A stretch of DNA of 64,000 bases from Spirochaetia bacterium (GTDB lineage: Bacteria; Spirochaetota; Spirochaetia; SZUA-6; Bin103). The notes beneath the pieces were generated by a model. That model saw only the letters and a program-made list of their open reading frames with translations, had not been told where the DNA came from and ran no database searches. The stretch lies in contig CBDBDQ010000005.1 of the NCBI GenBank assembly GCA_965203905.1, positions 1,792,001 to 1,856,000 on the forward strand, written 5' to 3'. Of the stretch, positions 34,336 to 44,394 are shown in pieces. The translations under genes were made by a program, and so were the position numbers. Numbering within the stretch: the first letter of the stretch is position 1; each line of letters starts with the position of its first letter.

Positions 34336-35118
34336 GTGAGGCTTGACGAATTCGAACAGGTTGTCCACACGCTCCTGCTGGCGGGCCCGGAGAATGCCGG
34401 CGGCGCCCGGGCGGCGCGTGTGGACCCGGCGCTGAACGGCCTGCAGGTGGCACGGGTGAGCACCGAGGTGACGCGCATCGCGTTCGCGGTGGACGCCTGC
34501 CTGGAGACCTTTCAGCGTGCCGGCGACTGGGGGGCGGATCTGCTGTTCGTCCATCACGGCCTGTTCTGGGGCCGCCCGCTCGCCCTCAAGGGCGCACACC
34601 TGGCGCGGGTTCGGCTGCTGCTGGAGCACGACCTGGCGCTGTACGCGATGCACCTGCCGCTGGACTGCCACCCGACGCTGGGCAACAACGCCGGGATGGC
34701 TCAGGCGCTGGATCTGCAGTCGTGCACTCCCTTCGGGGAGTATCGTGGAGCAACGATCGGGTTGCAGGGCAGCCTGCCCGAACCGCGCCCCCTGGCCGAT
34801 GTCGCCGAGACTCTGTTCGGTGGCGAGCGCAACTGTCTTGCGGTGCTGCCCTTCGGACGCGAGCTGATAGAACGGGTGGCGCTGGTATCCGGGGGCGGCA
34901 CCCGCGACCTGGATGCCGCCATCGCCGCGGGCGTGGATCTGTTCGTGACCGGCGACGCGGCCCATGAGAACTACCACGCCGCGCTGGAATCGGGCATCAA
35001 CGTGGTCAGCGGCGGCCACTACCTGTCGGAGGTGTATGGGGTGCGCGCGGTGGCGGAGCGGCTGGCCCGCGACACCGGGATTGCCACCACCCTCATCGAC
35101 GTGCCGACAGGATTGTGA
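34336..35118 (+). CDS. Nif3-like dinuclear metal-centre protein
   Basis: NGLQV, VHHGLFW, HLPLDCH...GNN, GHYLSE. Confidence 0.9.
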   Translation: MRLDEFEQVVHTLLLAGPENAGGARAARVDPALNGLQVARVSTEVTRIAFAVDACLETFQRAGDWGADLLFVHHGLFWGRPLALKGAHLARVRLLLEHDLALYAMHLPLDCHPTLGNNAGMAQALDLQSCTPFGEYRGATIGLQGSLPEPRPLADVAETLFGGERNCLAVLPFGRELIERVALVSGGGTRDLDAAIAAGVDLFVTGDAAHENYHAALESGINVVSGGHYLSEVYGVRAVAERLARDTGIATTLIDVPTGL

Positions 35119-35642
35119 GCTCCCCCATGCGCGAACGGCGCCTGCTGCCGCTGATCATCGCCCCGATCATCGTGCTCGCCGACCAGGTTTCCAAGGCGGT
35201 CTTCGTCTCCATGCTGTCCTACGGGGTGCCGGTGGAGGTGATCGGGGATTTTTTCAGGCTGACCCTGGTGCAGAATCCTGCCATTGCCTTCTCGATCGGA
35301 CATGGGTTGCCGGCGGAGCTGCGGCGACCCCTGTTCCTGGTGCTGCCCCTTGCGGTGGTGGCGATTATTCTCCTCTACTATCTGCGCACCAGCGAGCTGA
35401 CCCAGCTCCAGCGCTGGCTGCTGGCCGTCGTGCTCGGCGGCGGCGTGGCCAATTTCGTGGATCGGGTGTTCCGTCCCGCGGGGGTGGTGGACTTCATCGA
35501 CGTGAAGTTCTACGGCCTGTTCGGGTTGGCGCGCTTCCCCACCTTCAACGTTGCCGACTCGTCGGTGGTGGTGGGCGGCATACTGCTGCTGCTTGCCTTC
35601 CTGCGCGATGAGCTGCGGACCAAGCGGAGGGAACTGCTGTGA
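35115..35642 (+). CDS. lspA: Signal peptidase II
   Basis: DQVSK, NPAIAF, ANFVDR, VVDFID, FNVAD. Confidence 0.92.
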   Translation: MSSPMRERRLLPLIIAPIIVLADQVSKAVFVSMLSYGVPVEVIGDFFRLTLVQNPAIAFSIGHGLPAELRRPLFLVLPLAVVAIILLYYLRTSELTQLQRWLLAVVLGGGVANFVDRVFRPAGVVDFIDVKFYGLFGLARFPTFNVADSSVVVGGILLLLAFLRDELRTKRRELL

Positions 35643-35911
35643 ACAAGAAAGCCAATACCGCCGTGTTCATCATCGCCGCCACGGTGTTCAACCTGCTGCT
35701 GATGGGGGTGCTGCTGATCGCCTCCTTCGTGGTGGCGTCGAGGCTGTTCGGCGATTCGTCGAGCCCGGCCGCCGGCCTGATCGGCTTCCTGATCATCGGC
35801 GTGCCGATCGTCGTGACCTTCTTCCTCTACGGCGCCGTGATGCGCTGGGTGCAGAAGCGCTGGAACCTGGACCAGTACCTGCACCCCATCTTCCGCCGCC
35901 GCCGCCGCTGA
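35639..35911 (+). CDS. Small two-TM protein typical of spirochaete lspA operons
   Basis: MNKKANTAVFIIAATVFN...LDQYLHPIF; translationally coupled to lspA. Confidence 0.75.
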   Translation: MNKKANTAVFIIAATVFNLLLMGVLLIASFVVASRLFGDSSSPAAGLIGFLIIGVPIVVTFFLYGAVMRWVQKRWNLDQYLHPIFRRRRR

Positions 35912-35936
35912 GCCTGACCCGCGCGAGGGTGAATCG

Positions 35937-38288
35937 TTGAAGGGCAACGACGCGCAGAGGCCCGGGAACGAGGCCCCGTCCGACCGCATCTCCAGGCTGT
36001 GCGGGGCGATCCTGCGCATCAGCGCGAGTCTCGACCTCAGCACCGTCCTGCACGAGGTCGTGGAAAGCGGCCGCGCGCTGACCGGAGCTCGCTACGGCGT
36101 CATCGTGACCGTTGACGAGGCGGGGGAGGTGCAGGACTTCGTCACCTCCGGGTTCACCGACGAGGAGCACCGGCAGTTCATGGACTGGCCCGACGGGCCG
36201 CGGCTGTTCGAGCACTTCCGCGACCTTGATAAACCGTTGCGGCTGAAAGATCTGCCCGCCTACGTGCGCGCGCTCGGCTATTCTGCGGATCTGATGCACT
36301 CGAACACCTTGCAGGGAACGCCGATGCGTCATCGCGGCGTGCAGGTCGGCAACTTCTTTCTCGCCGAGAAGGAGGGCGCAACGGAGTTCAGCAGCTCGGA
36401 CGAAGAGATCCTGGTGCTGTTCGCGTCACAGGCAGCGACGGCGATTGCCAACGCCCGCACCCACCGCGACGAGCAGCGAGCGCGGGCCGACCTGGAGGCG
36501 CTGGTCGACACCTCCCCGGTCGGCGTCGTGGTGCTGGACGCGAAGACCGGCAAACCGGTGACGCTCAATCGCGAGGCGAGGCGGATCGTAAAGGGGCTGC
36601 GCATGCCGGGCCGCTCCGTGGAGGACCTGCTGGAGGTGGTCACGTGTCGGTTCGCCGACGGACACGAAGTCGCGCTCGGCGAGTTGCCGCTGGCTCAGGC
36701 GCTCAGCAACGCCGAGCCGGCACGCGCGGAGGAGATCCAGCTCTCGGTGCCCGACGGACGGAGCGTCACGATGCTGATCAACGCAACGCCGATCCGTACC
36801 GAGGACGGAACGGTCGAGTCAGTGGTCGTCACCATGCAGGACCTGGCGCCGCTGGAGGAGCTGGAGCGGCAGCGGGCCGAGTTTCTGAGCATGGTAAGCC
36901 ATGAGCTGCGGGCGCCACTGACCTCCATCAAGGGCTCGGCCGCCACCGTGCTGGGCGCCGAGCCGGCGCTCGACCCCGCCGAGATGCGGCAGTTCTTCCG
37001 GATCATCGACCAGCAGGCCGACCACATGCGAGGCCTGATCAGCGACCTGCTGGATGCGGGACGCATCGACACCGGCACGCTTTCGGTGGTCACCGAGCCG
37101 ATGGAGGTCTCCGTTCTGGTTGACCAGGCCCGGAACACGTTTCTCAGCGGCGGCGGCAGGCATCTGCTGCGAATCGATCTTCCCCCTGACCTGCCGCGCG
37201 TAATGGCCGACCAGCGCCGCATCGTGCAGGTTCTGAACAACCTCTTCTCCAACGCGGCGCGGAACTCTGCCGAGTCGTCTCCCATCGAGGTCGGCGCGGA
37301 GCGAGACGGAGCGCACGTCGCGGTTTCGGTGTCCGACCAGGGTCGGGGCGTGGCGCCGCACCTGCTGCCGCAGCTGTTCCGAAAGCATGCCGGTGGCGCC
37401 AGTGGCGATGCGGGATTGAGGGATCGTGGGTACGGCCTGGGGCTTGCCATCTGCAAGGGGCTGGTGGAGGCGCACGGGGGCCGCATTCGGGCCGAGAGCG
37501 CGGGGGCGGGCCGAGGCACGCGCTTCACCTTCACGATTCCGATAGCCGAAGACCCCGCCGGCGCCGCGGCCGGGTCCGCGGGCCATTCCCGCGCGCCTTT
37601 GGACGGTGCGAAGCGGATCCTGGTGGTGGACGACGACCCGCAGACGCTGCGCTACGTTCGTGATGCTCTGGCGGCAGCGGGCTACGCGCCGACCGTGACC
37701 GGCGACCCGGGGGAGGCACGTCACCTGGTCAGGACGAAGCAGCCGCACCTGGTCCTGCTTGACCTGCTGCTGCCGGGCAGCGACGGGATCGAGTTGCTGG
37801 AGACCGTCCCCGAGCTGGCCGACTTGCCGGTCATATTCATCTCCGGCTATGGCAGGGACGAGACCATGGCGCGGGCGTTGGAGAGTGGCGCGGTGGACTA
37901 CATCGTCAAGCCCTTCTCGTCGACGGAGCTTACGGCGAGAGTGCGGGCGGCGCTGCGCCGGCAAGCCGAGCCCGCGCCGTTCCGGTTGAGAGACCTGGCC
38001 ATCGACTACACGCAACGCCGGGTGACCGTGGCCGGGCGTACCGTGTCGCTGACGGTCAAGGAGTACGAGGTGCTGCGCGTGTTGTCGGTCAACGCGGGAC
38101 GGGTCACGACGTTCGACGTGCTGCTGAGGCAGGTGTGGGGCCATGGCGACCTGGGCGGCGGCTCGGAACGGTTGCGTTCCTTCGTGAAGAAGCTGCGACG
38201 CAAGCTGGGCGACGACGCAGGCCGGCCCACCTACATCTTCAGCGAGCGCGGGGTCGGCTACCGCATGGAGAAACCGGGCGAGTCGTAA
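35937..38288 (+). CDS. Cytoplasmic hybrid kinase GAF-PAS-HisKA-HATPase-receiver-winged helix
   Basis: SHELRAPL, NLFSNA, GLGLAICK, VVDDD...LLD...KPF, OmpR-type tail IFSERGVGY. Confidence 0.9.
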   Translation: MKGNDAQRPGNEAPSDRISRLCGAILRISASLDLSTVLHEVVESGRALTGARYGVIVTVDEAGEVQDFVTSGFTDEEHRQFMDWPDGPRLFEHFRDLDKPLRLKDLPAYVRALGYSADLMHSNTLQGTPMRHRGVQVGNFFLAEKEGATEFSSSDEEILVLFASQAATAIANARTHRDEQRARADLEALVDTSPVGVVVLDAKTGKPVTLNREARRIVKGLRMPGRSVEDLLEVVTCRFADGHEVALGELPLAQALSNAEPARAEEIQLSVPDGRSVTMLINATPIRTEDGTVESVVVTMQDLAPLEELERQRAEFLSMVSHELRAPLTSIKGSAATVLGAEPALDPAEMRQFFRIIDQQADHMRGLISDLLDAGRIDTGTLSVVTEPMEVSVLVDQARNTFLSGGGRHLLRIDLPPDLPRVMADQRRIVQVLNNLFSNAARNSAESSPIEVGAERDGAHVAVSVSDQGRGVAPHLLPQLFRKHAGGASGDAGLRDRGYGLGLAICKGLVEAHGGRIRAESAGAGRGTRFTFTIPIAEDPAGAAAGSAGHSRAPLDGAKRILVVDDDPQTLRYVRDALAAAGYAPTVTGDPGEARHLVRTKQPHLVLLDLLLPGSDGIELLETVPELADLPVIFISGYGRDETMARALESGAVDYIVKPFSSTELTARVRAALRRQAEPAPFRLRDLAIDYTQRRVTVAGRTVSLTVKEYEVLRVLSVNAGRVTTFDVLLRQVWGHGDLGGGSERLRSFVKKLRRKLGDDAGRPTYIFSERGVGYRMEKPGES

Positions 38289-39143
38289 GGTAATCCAACC
38301 GACTCACGCGCGGACCTGCCTTTATCCGGATCGTGAACAAAGGATAAAAAAAGTGCCACATATTGTGTTTTTCTCATGAGTTTGCGCATGTGTCGGTACG
38401 AACTTCGGAACCTTCTGTCGAAACTGTAGTTACTGCAGGATCCATGTGATCCGAAGGCCAAATGGCAACTGTCGCCGGGTGTAGCGAGAGATCCAACGAG
38501 CCAACGGGAACTGTCCAGCCTGGCGTCATTTCAATGGGTTCAGTGGGTGCGGTGCAACACGCATTTGCGACACGGTCACGTTGCACCGCGCCCACTTTCT
38601 TGTGAAGCGTTGCCATACCCGCCTGAGGGCTCTGGGCATGAGATCATCTGTGCCTGGAACGTACCGCGGCTGCGGTTCACCAGCACAACCATCGCCGGAG
38701 CGTTGTACTGTTTATTCACAGTAAAGTCACTGTTAATGCCCGAACAGTCACGCCAATTCCATGGAAGTCCACTATGTTGCCCTGGTATGCTGGTTCCGAG
38801 AAGTAGCTCCGACGCCGAACTATGAAGGAGCAAATACGGGCCGCTGGGTGTACCCTTCTCTGCCATGCGCAGATCCACTGGTGTACTGTCCAACCCGGCG
38901 GCCCGTTTAATTTTGGGGCGGACGTGGTCTGTCGTACAAGTGCAGCGGGTTTCGAGCGTTCGTAGACTTGACTTCGGGTAGACAATATTTCGCAGAACCG
39001 CAAATACGAGATGTACCTACCCTGTCGCGATAAGCTCGCCCGGGTTCTTGTTGCTCCAACCTGAACCAAATGATTTGTGCTTCATTCAAAGCCTCCATCT
39101 CGGTGGTACGGTTCGTCTTCATTCTTGCACTCCAGGAGGAGGA

Positions 39144-39275
39144 ATGATTCACACCCTACCCAGAACCATCCTCGGGGGGCTGGTCGTCGCCCTGGTAGTA
39201 GGCGCGTGCACGCAGGGACCGGGGGAGCCGCAATCGCCGGCGGCGTTCCAGGCGCTCCTGGAGAAGCAGTCATGA
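39144..39275 (+). CDS. Small putative lipoprotein (43 aa)
   Basis: AGGAGG RBS, hydrophobic stretch, lipobox-like VGAC. Confidence 0.45.
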   Translation: MIHTLPRTILGGLVVALVVGACTQGPGEPQSPAAFQALLEKQS

Positions 39276-39376
39276 CCGGGCGGCGGCGGATAGTACGCTC
39301 GATCCTGATAGGCCTTTTGGTGCTGGGGCTGGTGTTCGGCATCTACATGATGTTCTTTCATCCGCCGCCCGCATAA
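39272..39376 (+). CDS. Small single-TM protein (34 aa)
   Basis: ATGA overlap; MTGRRRIVRSILIGLLVLGLVFGIYMMFFHPPPA. Confidence 0.45.
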   Translation: MTGRRRIVRSILIGLLVLGLVFGIYMMFFHPPPA

Positions 39377-39468
39377 CCAGGGCCGCCGACAACGACGGAG
39401 TCGCTGTGGGGAGGCGATCACTGGCATCTTCCACCTTCCCGAGGCGACCCCGCTTCCTTTGCCACTCA

Positions 39469-39522
39469 GGGGGCGGCGGGCACTTCGATGGGTTCGAACG
39501 ACACCCCGCCGCCCCCGCTTTT
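39469..39522 (+). terminator. Putative intrinsic terminator/stem-loop
   Basis: GGGGGCGGCGGG...CCCGCCGCCCCC followed by GCTTTT. Confidence 0.5.
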
Positions 39523-39709
39523 GAGGCAGTGACCGGCTGGCAGGCAGGCGAGTGATCACTGCAGGCCTTCAGGTGGCGCGTGGCAGAAGACACCAGCGGC
39601 GTGCGCTTGCCCAGCAGCCGATGGGTCATATTGACCCTGCTGCCGGTTGTCGTCAACTCCTGAGCGGCGAACACCACTCCGAAACGCCCGTCGAGTGGGA
39701 GATTCGGAG

Positions 39710-40462
39710 ATGATGGCTGAGAGCGCCGACGGATTGGGCAACCCACGCTGGGTGAACGCGCTCTTCAGCAACACGAACTGGGCCTGGCTCTGGCTCATGG
39801 CGCGTGTTTGGCTTGGTGTCCATTGGCTGGAAGCGGGATGGCACAAGGCACGCGAAGTCGCCTGGGTAGGTGGTGGGATGGCAGTCAAGGGTTATTGGGA
39901 GCGAGTCGTGGTCATCCCAGAGCAGGGCCGTCCCCCTATCGCCTATGACTGGTATCGCGAGTTCCTCGAATTCCTGCTCCGTAACGAGCTACATGATGTC
40001 TTTGGAGTGTTGGTGGCCTACGGCGAAGTGCTGGTCGGTGTTGCGCTGATCGTGGGCGTGTTTACCGGCTTCGCGGCCTTCTTTGGCGCCGTGATGAACT
40101 GGAGCTTCATGCTGGCCGGAACCGCCAGCACCAACCCGGTCCTCGGGATTGTTGCCGTCGGTATCATCGTCGCCTGGAAGACCGCCGGATGGTGGGGTGC
40201 GGACCGGATCATCCTGCCCTTGGTGGGGGTGCCATGGAATCGCGGCACCCGGTTTGCGGGTAGTCGCGTAACGGTATTGGGCGAGACAGGAGCGGGAACG
40301 GGCTGGCAGGTAGAGCAGTGGGCGCGGATGCTCGTGGCAACTGGCGTCGCTGTCTTCGCCCTTGCGCGGCTCGACGGTGTGCTCCAGATCGGTGCGTTCG
40401 TGCTCGCGACACTGTTGGCAGCGCTCACCGGGACAGGCGTGCGCTTCTTCTCGAAGCGATAG
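39710..40462 (+). CDS. DoxX/DoxD family membrane protein (TQO small subunit-like)
   Basis: RVWLGVHWLEAGWHK, GEVLVGVALIVG, MLAGTASTNP. Confidence 0.85.
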   Translation: MMAESADGLGNPRWVNALFSNTNWAWLWLMARVWLGVHWLEAGWHKAREVAWVGGGMAVKGYWERVVVIPEQGRPPIAYDWYREFLEFLLRNELHDVFGVLVAYGEVLVGVALIVGVFTGFAAFFGAVMNWSFMLAGTASTNPVLGIVAVGIIVAWKTAGWWGADRIILPLVGVPWNRGTRFAGSRVTVLGETGAGTGWQVEQWARMLVATGVAVFALARLDGVLQIGAFVLATLLAALTGTGVRFFSKR

Positions 40463-40648
40463 ACGGTGTTCCTGTCGCCCCGCAAGCCGTGCGGCGCGGA
40501 GGCAACGGTGCAGGCCAACAATGACGGACTGCCCACAGTGGGCACACCAGCGCAGAGTGGATCCCGGCCGGGAACGCGCGCAAGGGTTAGGCCGGCCACG
40601 AGTTAGTCCGTACGGTCAGCCATCGGTCCCGCCGATGAACGCTGTTTG

Positions 40649-40722
40649 TGGAGGCGACGGGAATCGAACCCACGACCTCGTGAATGCCATTCACGCGCTC
40701 TAGCCAACTGAGCTACGCCCCC
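40649..40722 (-). tRNA. tRNA-Ala(GGC)
   Basis: GGGGGCGTAGCTCAGTTGGCTAGAGCGCGTGAATGGCATTCACGAGGTCGTGGGTTCGATTCCCGTCGCCTCCA; G3:U70 identity pair; CCA not encoded. Confidence 0.97.
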
Positions 40723-40787
40723 GGGAGGTCTGGTACGCCACAATATACTCCTGCGGCAGGGTTGCGTCGAGAGCGACCGGCAGTCCG

Positions 40788-42916
40788 CCAGGACCATCGG
40801 ACCATCCCTGCTGAACGACGTCTGAATCCCGTGTGCGGCCGAGCGGCCGTGATGGCCCCCGGCGCCTACCAGATCGCCGCACACCCGCAACGCCGGTTTC
40901 CGCCGCTGCATTGCTGCCACGCCGGCGCCGCGGTGCAGGATTCGCAGGATTCTGCGAAAAAGTGCCAAAAAAACGCGCTGAGCACTTGACGGGTTTGGCG
41001 CTGCTCGTGACGGCCTCCTGCCGCACGTTCCGGCCCCTCCGACCCTTCGAACATCCCGCCACGCCCTCCAGGACCGTCAGCACCCGCCAGCGCCGGCCTA
41101 AGCCCTTCCCGGTGCCCGTCCCGGGACTTGCAGAAACCGGGCATTTCTCAACCATGATTATATTTACGCCATGACTGCCGCGACCGCTACCGGCTTCTCC
41201 TCCTCGCTTTCCGGGCTCCCCGACCAGGTGCTGCTGGCGCATACCAGGTCCCTCGTCCTGCACGAGCAGGCGCTGCAGCTCGCCGTCCTCGACCACCTGC
41301 GCGAGATCCATGCGCGTCACCTCCACCTGCGCCTCGGGTTCTCCAGCCTGTTCGACTACGCCGTCCGCGAGCTGGGCTACAGCGAGGGTGCCGCTTGGCG
41401 TCGCATAAAGGCGATGCGCCTGTGCTCCGAGACCGCCGGGACACGCGAGCGGCTGCAGGACGGCTCACTCTCCCTGAGCGCGGCGGCGCAGTTGCAGAAC
41501 ACCTTCGATCTCCTGCAGCGCACGGCCACCGCCGCCGCGGACCCCGGCTCGGCACCCGCGGCAGCGGAGCTGCTGCCGGGCGCCACGGGGACGCCGCCCG
41601 AGGCGGGGGCTTCCGCGGCCGAGGTCGCGGCGCCACCGAGCCCGGTGCAGGCGCGACCGGTGCCGGCGCTGGACGCGGCGCAGCGGCAGGAGCTGGTGGC
41701 GCAGGCGAGCGGCAAGAGCACCCGCGAGGTGAAGCAGTTGTTGGCCGGGGTGGCTCCCGAGCTGGCGCGGCCGGCCGATCGCATGCGGGCGCTGGGCGAC
41801 GGCCGCTGGGAGCTGAAGGCAGTGATCGACTCTGCCTGCCAGCGCGGGATCGAGCAGCTACGGGCACTGCTGTCGCACGTGGACCCGCACCTGACGCTGG
41901 GGCAGCTCGTGGAGCGGCTGGTGCAGGACGGCCTGAAGCGCTACGACCCGGGGCGACCGCCGCGCGGGCGCAGAGGTGGGCGCCGGAAGGCAAGCTCGGG
42001 CCAGGCGCCGGAGCCGACGGCGCAGCAAGGGCCGGCAGGCGGGGCGGCTTCGCTGGCGAAGTGGGGCGTGCAAGAGCAACCCGGAGTGCCACCGACGCCG
42101 GCGGGCACGAGCGCCGGTGGCAGCACCCCGGCGCCGGCAGCGCTGTCCGCAGCGGAACCCGCGCGCGGGATTTGCGACGCCGGCACCTCCGTGGTGGCAG
42201 CGCTGTCCGCGCCGCCGTCGGGGCGCGAGACTTGCGGCGGCATCATCTCGGTGAGTGCCAAGCCAGCGGCGGCGGCGCCCGGCACCGCTGTTTCGGCAGC
42301 GAAGTCGGTGGCAGATAGTGGGTCCCACGCTACCGTACCGACGCCACGGCCGACGCCGCCGGCAGACCAGAGCATGCCGCCCGCGCGGGCAGCGGCGGAT
42401 CGCGGTCGCCACGCTCCTTCGCCAGCGAAGCGGACAGGGGCCGCGCAGCGGGCAGGGGCGGCGCAGCGGGCAGGAGCGGCGCCGCCGGCAGGAGCGCAGC
42501 TCGATGGCCGTTCGCGCACGCAGGCGGCGCCAGCCGGCCCGTCCGCAGGCAGCGCGCAGCCGGCCCACCGGCCGCGTCGATCCCGGTACATTCCGGCACC
42601 AGTGCGGCGCGAGGTGTGGCGCCGCGACGGCGGCTGCTGCAGTTACGTCGATCCGCGCAGCGGGCGGCGCTGTGGGTCCCGCTTTCTCCTGGAGTTCGAC
42701 CACATCGTTCCCTACGCGCTCGGCGGCGGCGCCGAGCCGGGGAACTTGAGGCTGCATTGTGCTGCTCACCACCGCTTCCGGCATCGGGAGCACGGATCGC
42801 CGCCAGACGGGGCCACGTGATCGGCGCGCGCCGGGGTGCGAGTTGCGCCGTTGGGCGTCGGTCCGAGGGCAGCGGGAGCAACGATTTGCAGCCGGCTTGT
42901 CGCGTAGCGGGGGATA
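40788..42916 (+). mobile_element. HNH-encoding repeated element, copy 1 (right end truncated)
   Basis: Homologous end-to-end with 58902-61034 in inverted orientation. Left end CCAGGACCATC(GGACCATC)CC; homology stops at GGGATA 42916. Confidence 0.75.
41171..42820 (+). CDS. DUF222-like N-terminal domain + low-complexity linker + C-terminal HNH endonuclease
   Basis: LGFSSLFDYAVRELGYSEGAAWRRI N-terminal domain; RDGGCCSY...C...DHIVP...GN...CAAHH HNH/Zn motif. Confidence 0.88.
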   Translation: MTAATATGFSSSLSGLPDQVLLAHTRSLVLHEQALQLAVLDHLREIHARHLHLRLGFSSLFDYAVRELGYSEGAAWRRIKAMRLCSETAGTRERLQDGSLSLSAAAQLQNTFDLLQRTATAAADPGSAPAAAELLPGATGTPPEAGASAAEVAAPPSPVQARPVPALDAAQRQELVAQASGKSTREVKQLLAGVAPELARPADRMRALGDGRWELKAVIDSACQRGIEQLRALLSHVDPHLTLGQLVERLVQDGLKRYDPGRPPRGRRGGRRKASSGQAPEPTAQQGPAGGAASLAKWGVQEQPGVPPTPAGTSAGGSTPAPAALSAAEPARGICDAGTSVVAALSAPPSGRETCGGIISVSAKPAAAAPGTAVSAAKSVADSGSHATVPTPRPTPPADQSMPPARAAADRGRHAPSPAKRTGAAQRAGAAQRAGAAPPAGAQLDGRSRTQAAPAGPSAGSAQPAHRPRRSRYIPAPVRREVWRRDGGCCSYVDPRSGRRCGSRFLLEFDHIVPYALGGGAEPGNLRLHCAAHHRFRHREHGSPPDGAT

Positions 42917-43093
42917 GTTGACACCGGCCGCGCGGTGCTCCCGGTCAAGCAGCGCCTCAAGCTCTACCCGTCGGCGATCCGCGACGGCTGGATCTTCGTG
43001 GATCTGCAGCGTCCGGAACCGTGGCCGGTGGTGTCGCTCCTGGCCCGACCGCGCCGTTCGTACGGCCGCCGGCGGGCCCACCGGTCGCCGTAG
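42917..43093 (+). pseudogene. 3' fragment of a Rieske-type ferredoxin gene
   Basis: VDTGRAVLPVKQRLKLYPSAIRDGWIFVDL resembles a Rieske ferredoxin C-terminus; no start codon or Cys/His boxes; precedes an amidohydrolase. Confidence 0.55.
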
Positions 43094-43237
43094 AGACGGG
43101 CGACGCCGTGGTGCGGCACTCGCCACGGGCGTCCGCCGCCGCGGCGGGGGCCGTGCTGCTGGTACACAGCGCCGGTTTCAGTGCAGGGTAACGGTCAGGA
43201 TACGCGCAGCCGTTACCATCTGCGAGGAGGCGAGAGC

Positions 43238-44350
43238 ATGAGCCAGACCGCGACCGCACCGGTGATCGAAGCAACGGCCGCCGCTCCGGTGGATTCGGAC
43301 GCACCGGTGCGCCCGGCGATCATCGACTGCGACCTGCACAACGAGATCGACACGCTCAAGGACCTGTATCCCTACCTGCCGCAACGCTGGCGCGAGCACG
43401 TCGAGACCTTCGGCGTGCGCACGCCCAATGGCGGCTACTACCCGCGCTTCATGGACCACCGCGAGGATGCGCGGCCGCCGTCGGGGCGCCCTCCCGGTAC
43501 CGACGTGGCGTTCACCGGCAGGGACCTCCTCGACCGCTACAACGTCGCCTACGCGATCCTCAATCCGGCGGTGCTGGCCAACGTGGCGCTGGACCTGGAT
43601 CTGGGCACCGCCCTGGCGCGCGCCACCAACGACTGGCAGGTGGCCGAGTGGCTCGACCGCGACCCGCGGCTGCGCGCCTCGATCATGCTGGCGCCGGAGG
43701 ACCCGGTGGCGGCCGCCGCCGAGGTGCGCCGCTGCGCGCGCGACCGGCGCTTCGTGCAGGTGCTGTTCAAGGGCCGCCACCAGGAGCCGATGGGCCGCCG
43801 CCGCTACTGGCCGATCTACGAGGCGTGCGCCGAGGAGGGCCTGCACGTGGCCACCCACGCGTTCGGCGCCTACGGCCAACCCATCACCGGCGCGGGGCAT
43901 GCCTCTTACTACATCGAGGACCACCTCAGTCCCTCCCAGTCGGTGCAGGCCAACATCACCAGCCTGGTGGTGGAGGGAGTCTTCGACCGCTTCGGCATCA
44001 AGCTGATCTCGATCGAGAACGCCTTCGCCTGGGCGCCCTCGCTGATGTGGCGCCTCGACGCCGCCTGGAAACTGCTGCGCGCCGAGGTGCCGCACCTGCG
44101 GCGGCTGCCCTCGGAGATCATCTGCGAGCATCTCTACCTGAGCACCCAGCCGGTCGAGGAGCCGCCGCGGGCGGCCGACTTCCAGCGTCTGCTGGAGCAT
44201 TTCGGGCCGCTGGCGGACCACCTGCTGCTGGCCAGCGACTACCCGCACTGGGACAGCGACAACCCCGACGTGGTGCTGCCGCACAGCCTCCCCGAACAGC
44301 TCAAGGCGCGCATCCGCTACCACAACGCCAGCGCCCTGTACGGGCTGTAG
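43238..44350 (+). CDS. Amidohydrolase family protein
   Basis: IIDCDLH, ATH, ASDYPHWD; GGAGG RBS. Confidence 0.9.
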   Translation: MSQTATAPVIEATAAAPVDSDAPVRPAIIDCDLHNEIDTLKDLYPYLPQRWREHVETFGVRTPNGGYYPRFMDHREDARPPSGRPPGTDVAFTGRDLLDRYNVAYAILNPAVLANVALDLDLGTALARATNDWQVAEWLDRDPRLRASIMLAPEDPVAAAAEVRRCARDRRFVQVLFKGRHQEPMGRRRYWPIYEACAEEGLHVATHAFGAYGQPITGAGHASYYIEDHLSPSQSVQANITSLVVEGVFDRFGIKLISIENAFAWAPSLMWRLDAAWKLLRAEVPHLRRLPSEIICEHLYLSTQPVEEPPRAADFQRLLEHFGPLADHLLLASDYPHWDSDNPDVVLPHSLPEQLKARIRYHNASALYGL

Positions 44351-44394
44351 TCGTCCTGCTGCCATGAGTCGCCGGCAATGATAGATTGATCTTG

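Noticed and set aside
38374-38893. Short ORFs in the AT-richer spacer
   Set aside because: Atypical codon usage, no RBS and no recognisable motifs.
40462-40722. tRNA-Ala as an integration site for a genomic island
   Set aside because: No integrase and no duplicated tRNA 3' end seen in the window.
42430-42500. 18-nt repeats (AAQRAG) within the HNH gene
   Set aside because: Slippage in the variable protein linker, not an array.
41171-42820. HNH protein as IscB/Cas9-like or group II intron protein
   Set aside because: No RuvC, PLMP or reverse transcriptase motifs, and no CRISPR array or cas genes in the window.
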